From Eledone cirrhosa (lineage: Eukaryota): a stretch of 64,000 bases of DNA. Shown in pieces: positions 63,931 through 64,000 of this stretch. The position numbers and the translations under genes were made by a program. Positions within the stretch are counted from its first letter, which is position 1. Each line of letters starts with the position of its first letter. Location of the stretch: NCBI GenBank assembly GCA_964016885.1, contig OZ024751.1:14508001-14572000 (forward strand), given 5' to 3'. A model generated the notes under the pieces. The model ran no database searches and was not told the DNA's origin. It was given only the letters and a program-made list of their open reading frames with translations.

Positions 63931-64000
63931 CATATATATATATCCATATCTATCTATGTATCTATATATATATATATGTATATATATATATACACACAGA

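Larger units (their letters stand above)
22716..64000 (-). other. Probable large intron of the ZNF608/609-like gene
   Basis: The exon starts at a splice acceptor. The expected upstream exon (..VTWRNKTYVGTLLD..WAPPR-like) is not visible in the ORF track or by eye. The region is dominated by TEs and satellites. Confidence 0.6.

Overview
AT-rich, repeat-dense animal genomic DNA, most likely octopus/cephalopod (inferred from the SINE, RTE and microsatellite repertoire). The only host gene is a ZNF608/ZNF609 (Drosophila scribbler/brakeless) homolog on the minus strand. It is seen as one 4.2-kb terminal coding exon (22715-18485). No upstream exon was found, so 22716-64000 is probably intron. The rest is mobile or tandem DNA: a young 5'-truncated RTE LINE with an open RT ORF, RTE-tailed tRNA/CORE SINEs, tandem clusters of a second SINE family, an L1/Tx1 fragment, a DD37D (maT) transposon, hAT, piggyBac and mariner MITEs, a tRNA-Ser and a 5S rRNA pseudogene, and many satellites. 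The most notable signals are (i) several fold-back (palindromic) micro-elements with hammerhead-ribozyme core motifs, clustered at 7.5-16 kb and resembling Penelope termini or retrozymes, (ii) a 5S-head plus retroposon-tail chimera (SINE3-like), (iii) a satellite grown from the RTE 3'UTR, and (iv) a 4.4-kb satellite with a 1191-bp higher-order repeat. All calls were made by eye, with no database searches or folding runs.
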